Below are positions 56,881 to 64,000 of a stretch of 64,000 nt of DNA, one piece after another; position 1 is the stretch's first letter; every line of letters starts with the position of its first letter. The stretch comes from Macrostomum lignano (taxonomy: Eukaryota): contig NIVC01001398.1 of NCBI GenBank assembly GCA_002269645.1, positions 147,132 to 211,131 on the forward strand, given 5' to 3'. Below the pieces are notes generated by a model. That model did not search any database, was not told the origin of the DNA, and saw only the letters and a list, made by a program, of their open reading frames with translations. The translations under genes were made by a program, and so were the position numbers.

Positions 56881-57439
56881 ATTGGGCTCTCTGAATCACC
56901 TGTCCTAACTAGAAGCGGCTCAGAGCAGAGAAGCCGCACCCAGAGTCCTGAGTCGTGAGTCACCTTAGCAGCAACCGGTTTTGCATAGCGCGCTTCCCGC
57001 CGCCTTAGCACAGAGAAATCCCATTCCGGGAATTCCAGTCTGAGTGATTTTGCTTTTGATCAAAGCCTCTACCTCACCCCCTCCTCCAGTGCGGCTCTTG
57101 AGCTCTCCAGGAAATGAGTCTCAGAAACTGAAAGCAGAAGACGGCAGAAGCCAGAAAGCCGTTGTTCCTCTACGGGGTTGGGCGAAGGCAAATAGCCACT
57201 TGAGTCATGTTTCTATTTTTAGCTCACAATGCTGTCCAAGCCGATTCCTCTTTACTTCGGCCCCCCCCCTCGATGCATTTTCTAGCGGGGAAAACCGGCA
57301 CTGAATGCCACATCGCACAAAAGAGAAAAGCTGCTTTTTGGCTCAATGCCAGATCTCTTCTAATGGCTTTTTAAAGTTACAAGCTGATTTTTAGGTTGAG
57401 TATTTCATTATAAGGTTTGCCATTGCAGTTTGATGAAAA

Positions 57440-58225
<786 letters not shown>

Positions 58226-59102
58226 CACAAGCTGAATGGAATTCATTTGGCAGCAAGTCATCATGATCAGTTCATCCACCCCTAATCCGATATATTTAGC
58301 ACCGAAGAGGCTGCTCGGGTGCAGACCGGGCTGAAACTGTCATTAAGAGATTAAGCGGGGCGATATGATGGTCGGTTGGCCTCAAAAAACCCCAATCGGA
58401 ATTGCGTGGGCGGCAGCAAGTCCTCATAGTTCCAGCCTCCCGGATGGCGGACTTTAAGGCCGGCCCAGTCAATATTTGTCTGCAGCCTGGGAGTCGCTCT
58501 GTGCCAGACGGAGCCTCCCAGTTTGCGTCACAGCGAGCGAATCAGGTTGGCAACTGGGGCGGATTTAGAACCGATTAAGGACAAACCAAACAGAGGATTA
58601 ATCGCCCACCGCCCCTTTTTCCCCCACAATAAAAGCTGCCGCTATTCTTAGCTACTTGGGTGGATAAAAATAGCTGCCCGCCTGACAAGAGTCTCTCGGC
58701 GAGATTCGCGTACGCGGAGTGGATCCGCAACCTCCATAATAGGAGTGTGCACCCCCCCCCCTGGCGCCCACCCCCGGCCGCGAGGCTATCAGGGAAATAG
58801 CCCCCGTTGCCAGCTAGCGGAGGCCTATCTAGAGGGGGGGTGGCTCAGCCAGCCAGCTCTGCTCTACAGTTTAGCTGACTGACGGGCGGATCCAGGAAGA
58901 GGGTGAGGGAGGGGGGTGGAGAAAATCGAGAGAGGAAGTTTCTGCGGGAAAGGGGAGTTGAGGGCTACAAGAGATGCTATAAAAAGGGACCCGCATCGAT
59001 GTGGGAAATTTTTCCCAAACTGAAGCAGCAATTCGTAACAGTTTAGAGCAGGGCAGCTGAACAGACATTTTATTGATGTGCTTTCAAGACGACGCCAAAG
59101 CG

Positions 59103-59542
59103 ATGAAGCTGAGCACGTCGGGCGCCGCGGTGCAGCGGCGGAGCAGCCGGGCGCTCATCACCCTGGTGCGGCCGGACCATCTGGCCACCCTGGCCGGTCG
59201 GCTCTGCCTGTTCGGCGGCGGCGGCGACGCCTCTGGCGGGCCCGGCTTCGTGGTGGTCTTCAGTGAGGCCACCGAGGAGGCGGCCGGGCAGCCGCTGGGC
59301 TGCCTGAGCCTTCGCGGCTCAGCGCAGAGCCGCTGGGCAGACGGAAGCTCAAACTGGCCAGGCGAGGCGAAGACGGAGTTGGCCGGGCCTACTCGGTGGT
59401 CACCTTCGACAGCGAGGAGGAGCGGCGCGCCTGGCTGCGGCTGCTGGCCGACTGCCGGCTGTCCGGGCCGGGCCTGCGGCCAATCAGCGAGGACGAGGCC
59501 GCCTGCTACTGCGGCTCCGCCAATGTTGGCGTTGTGCGATAA
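59103..59542 (+). CDS. Small single PH-like-domain protein (~146 aa) with one apparent 1-nt deletion at 59319-59320
   Basis: Frame 1 reads ...GFVVVFSE..QPLGCLSLRG. After adding 1 nt it continues SAEPLGRRKLKL...VVTFDSEEERRAWLRLLADC...*, which has the PH C-terminal helix signature (F.a.seeer..W). GC-rich coding-like composition. Confidence 0.6.
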
Positions 59543-60516
59543 TTTCTATACAGTGTCGGATTTGAATTTGCGCCCGAATATTTCTGTTTTAATCGAGCTG
59601 TCAGGACTTAATGACTCAGTGGTGCCTTTGAAAGAAATTCAAGATACAGTTAGCTGTACAATACATGTATATGTGCGGCATTCTTGTCCCGTATATAAAA
59701 CTTTTCCGTTCAATGCGTAACTATTAGGGAATGCTACACTTAATTTGTTTGTCCTTCAACTGTTATCAATTGCACTACTTCATGTTAAATTGACCGCAAT
59801 ATTGCTGACTTATATAGTTGTAAATTTGTTTAAACTATTAGATTTTAACACAATAAACATAGCACTGCAACTAGATGTACTTCAACTATCCCGCAGTAAT
59901 TTTGAGTTCCCATTTCGTTGTCAAATACGAAATAATTTCGCCATTTCGAGTTATTTCTACTAATAGTAGGCAAAAATACACAAGTTCAGAATTTGAGCGC
60001 GGCCAAAAAAATTTAAAAGCTCAACAACAACTTCTCTGGAGAGAAATGCTCTGGGTGCAATGAGTGCTATAGTCTCTGACAGTGCACTGATAAAATACAC
60101 GAGGACTTGAGGTTTAATAAAAACCATAATGTACTGTATACTCGCAGTCTGTGACTGACCCCTAGCTATGCCTCACCGCGTGTTCTCACGCTAGCTAACA
60201 TTATTCGCTTATGAAATCCGCTTCTCTGCGCCAACAATGCAGACTCCGTTTTTATTAAGAGAAAATGAGTCTGTCTTATCTGGCTGTTTGTCTGAAGAAA
60301 TCCGAAAGAAACGAACTTTGGCGATAATTACTTTAAAAATGTTAGACAATTAGATAAACATCTATCATTTGTTTAAAAGACAATTTGAATTCAATGGCAG
60401 TTTTGTGATAAGAATAGGAAATATCCCCCACAATAGCACATCACTTGCTCTGCTTGAAGAAAACTGGAATGCTGGTGAAACTCGTCACGTCGATATCGTA
60501 AGCAACGAATTGCAGC

Positions 60517-63500
60517 TCAAAGTGGCTTTGCGGTGCTCCGTTGATGAAGTGCATAGCTTTGCTGATGGTCCGCTGAAGACACCGCAAACTCCTGTGCCAG
60601 CGGAGTGAAACGGAACGCATAGAGATTGATGGGCTACCATCCCTCCAACCAACCATCCTCACTTACCAAGCACAGATCCTTGTTCTCCTTGACCTCACAA
60701 TCCAGCACTGTAGTACCGCTTTGGTATTTCTGCACTTTCTTATAAGTCTGCAAGTTTTTATAGAAATTTTAAATAATATCATGACATCATCGCAAAGAGT
60801 TCTCCAGCCAGACATTTTGAACAAACATTTTTCGCAATTTTCAACTCAAGTTCGGTGCGCCAGTCTTGCAGGAATCGAATGGCCAAGTCTGGCGCACGGC
60901 CAGCACCAAAACGCACAGCAGCAGCAGCCAGGACGAGGGCTGCCCGCTCAGATCAAAGTAAGTCCAGTAGTAAGTGAGCTGCTTGGATAGAAAAGCGGTT
61001 GAGATCCCGCTGTAGGCACTGAGCAGAATCACGTATGTGACTGTGGAGAACAGGAAACCAATGAGCGTTGGCACACTGAAGCTGTAGGTGATGAGCAGGA
61101 TGCGAGTGGTGACGCACACCAGAACGCAGGTGATCACCACCGTGCCGAACGCGTAGACATCGTACGCGTAGCCGTTCGAGCCGACCCAGTCGTTGGTCAG
61201 AAACACGGCCGCTACGCCAAAAAAGCAGCAGGCCGAGTGCCAGAGGCCCAGCGCGCACCACAGGGCGAGTTGGCCCAGGACAGGCGCCGATTGTTAGCGA
61301 TGCCTCGATAGAGACGTGGCTCGGACTCCAACGCTGTCGAGGCAGGTGCTGTTCAAACAAGCCGTAGAGAAAAATCGGCAATGAAGTCATGGTCATGTTG
61401 TAGAGAATGAAGAACGCCGTGTCGTACATTGGCTGGGCGCTGAATGCGGAGAAAAACGCGAAGAAAAAGGGAGGCATAACGAACACAATGCTCTTGTAAA
61501 AACAGTACAGAACGAGATTTGAGAGTCGAATGTAGAACAGGTGGCCGTGGAACAGCAGGGCGGTGCGAGTGAACGCGAACCTGGCGAATGCGTAGTCGGC
61601 GTTGAGAGCGGCGGCCCGGCCCTCCTTGCCGAAGATGCGATTCCAACGTGGGCCTCTCGATCATGGAGACGTCGTTGGCTCCGTCGCCGATCGCGCAGGT
61701 GTTGGCTCGGGCCGAACTCCATGCTTCACCATGGCGATTATTCTGGCCTTCTGCAGAGGCGTGCAGCGGCAGCACAAAACTGCGGCTGTCTTGCAGCACA
61801 GTTCTAGGAACGAGTCCCTCAGGTCGGGTGCTCATCGGACAAAATAAATTGCAGCGAGTCACCGTCGACAATCGTGCAGAAATTTATCGGAATTGACACT
61901 TTGGACGCCTCAATCATCTCATGTCCGCTGCTCACACTCTCGCGGCAGACATCCGCCGACAGCTGCTCCACAATGCGGATGCGCTGCATGGATTCCACAA
62001 AGTGTCCCGATGACAGGCTGATGTTTTCGGCTGTCTCGCGCTTGTCGCCGGTGAGCACCCACACCTGGATGCCTGCCTCGCGCAGATCCGTCAGCGTCTC
62101 GCACACGCCTGGTTGCAGCTCGTCTTCGATAGCTGTGAGGCCCAGCGCTTCGAGGCCTTGCTCTATCGACCTGGTCGAAGAGAGGTTTATGGGAAACCTG
62201 TGGTGATGTAGTACAAGGGTCCTAAATCTACAGGTTGCGACTGCGAACTAGGTTGTGGAATTTCTGCACCTTTAAAAAATATCATTTTAGCCTACTGACC
62301 ATTTCAGACTTTCAGCTGTGGATTCGATCTGTTATCTCATCGGATCTGCTTGAAGTCTCTAACCGTTATTGTTGCCTTCTTCTGTACCATTACCTACTTA
62401 AGACCAAATGTTGCACTAAAAAGTACTCACATGTACACTTCCGTCAGCTTGGCATCTCTGTTGGCTACATCTATCTCGGCGATGGAGAATTGCAACTTTA
62501 TCTGCTCATACTCGGCTTCTGTCAGCTCTTTGTGTCCGATTGCCAGCACTCTCAGACCTTGGACGGCGAATTCGGCGGAGAACTTCACAATAGAATCCTT
62601 GTCTCCTGTGCAGCACTTCTCCAGCATTGTGCTTTCGGCTCCTTTCGTTAGCAGCCAATAAGCGCCGTCGGCTCTCTGCACGATGACCGACATGCACTTG
62701 CGCTCTGAATCAAACTCGAGCACGTGCAGTAGCCGGAATTGCTGAACAATGCACTCGCCATTGGCACTAGACAGGCTGACTGTGCTGACCCCGCCCTCAG
62801 TGCCGTGGAAAATTATCCAAAACTACGGGCGGCCTCAACAAAAGCCTTCTCATCTGGAGAGCTGGCCTGGTAGGTGTAATCCTCCGCTTCAAGTGTAGAG
62901 AATGCATACCGATTTTGCTCATCATTGCCATACGCCGTAGGCCGTTCAACTCGAATGGTGTGGCACAGGGCCAAAACGGTAAAGAACAGCAGCTGTCGTC
63001 TCCCAGCCTCTCGCACCGACTCAGTCGTTGTCCACCGCAGCTGTCTGTCTCCAGAGTTCACACTGAATTCACTGAACGTACGTCCGTCTACCGAGCAGTG
63101 TCTGAAGGTCATTTTGTTCTCGGTAAGAGTGCCCGTTTTGTCCGAAAATAAGTACTGAACTTGTCCGAGTTCCTCATTCAAATCGGATGTGTTTGCTCTC
63201 GCTGGCATTTTCTCGCCCGTTTCTGGATCCTCGTAGTACATGCTCAAGTCATACTCAATAAACTTCGAGCTAACAAACTTCGTTACCTCCATTGTCACAT
63301 ATAGTGCAATAGGAATCATGTAGTTGAACAGTATTAAGTAGCCCATAAAATCTTGAATTATTCGATATGGTGTCAATTGCTCGACTGGCAGGTACCAAGC
63401 CCCAGTGACTGTTGTTTTATGATTCGCGTAGCTCCATTTCATAGCAGAGCAAACAATTACCATAAACAGTAGAACGCCCAGGAGGCACACAAGAAATTTG

Positions 63501-64000
63501 TCCAGGCGACGCTCAATGACGGACTTTTTGGAACGGCCGTACTGCGAATTCAGCTGCATCTTGGTCTCTTGACCAGTGTACACGGCCACTCCCATTACAT
63601 GCTTGGTGTTCCGCAGCACTGCCCGCGAAGAAGAAGGTTCTTGATGCTCAGGGAAACTTGGTACGGCAATCCCGTGCTCAATCGGACACTGATATTTCCG
63701 CTTAAATTGTGTACAGATCTGCAGTGGCTGCTCGCAGTCTATCTGAGCACGCAGGTTTGCACCTATGTCGGCGGCTGTCCTCAGGTGTCTGGTCAGCTCC
63801 ACGGAGTGCACAGTCTTTAAGTTGGACTCGCCGTCTAAGTTAGCTGTCGTTATGCGACATTCTCCTACAAGCGGACAATGATGCTAAACTTTAAGCTATT
63901 TTCCTGAAAAAAAGTATAGAACTAAGTGATATTTCTTATAGCTCACCTGTGTCCTCAGATGACGAAAGCAGAATCAGGTCACAGGGAAAGCTTTCATTTT
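60517..64000 (-). CDS. ATP11: P4-type phospholipid-flipping ATPase, ATP11 class, 5'-partial; exons 64000-63947, 63864-62431, 62170-60827, 60729-60667, 60591-60517; eight 1-nt deletions in this copy
   Basis: [11 protein letters not shown]; [11 protein letters not shown]; [27 protein letters not shown]; [12 protein letters not shown]; [12 protein letters not shown]; TAIEDELQ; VWVLTGDK; [10 protein letters not shown]; [12 protein letters not shown]; HGH..Y.R..L.LY.FYKS. The last three junctions and final two small exons are less certain. Confidence 0.9.

Noticed and set aside
59073-59720. 215-aa ORF as given in the track
   Set aside because: The C-terminal half runs out of the likely coding frame into AT-rich 3' sequence; the frameshift-corrected 146-aa reading fits a PH domain better.

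Overview
Eukaryotic (animal) genomic DNA with GT-AG introns, GC-rich exons and roughly 35-40 tandem or simple repeat arrays. The style suggests a free-living flatworm such as Macrostomum, which is inference only. Eight protein-coding loci can be reconstructed by hand: SPOP (+, 5'-partial), an orphan 152-aa secreted Cys-containing protein (-), DPH5 (+), a 595-aa P2X receptor (+), a divergent class A GPCR (+), a 188-aa uncharacterised protein (+), a PH-like mini-protein with one frameshift (+), and an ATP11-class P4-ATPase (-, 5'-partial) with eight 1-nt deletions that look like consensus errors. No tRNA, rRNA, CRISPR array or transposase was recognised, and most long ORFs in the track are translated satellites. 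Four observations stand out. (1) Two long P2X introns and the region downstream of DPH5 are built as a minisatellite array, a 0.4-0.5 kb spacer, then a reverse-complementary related array, i.e. fold-back or intron-bridging architecture. (2) A ~345-nt piece of the P2X intron 4/exon 5 junction, with its splice acceptor, sits inside the last SPOP intron. (3) Introns are either ~65-100 nt or a minimal intron inflated by a private minisatellite. (4) A repeat-filled GPCR intron is 3n long and stop-free. Coordinates were counted by eye; array edges are approximate (about +/-20 nt).
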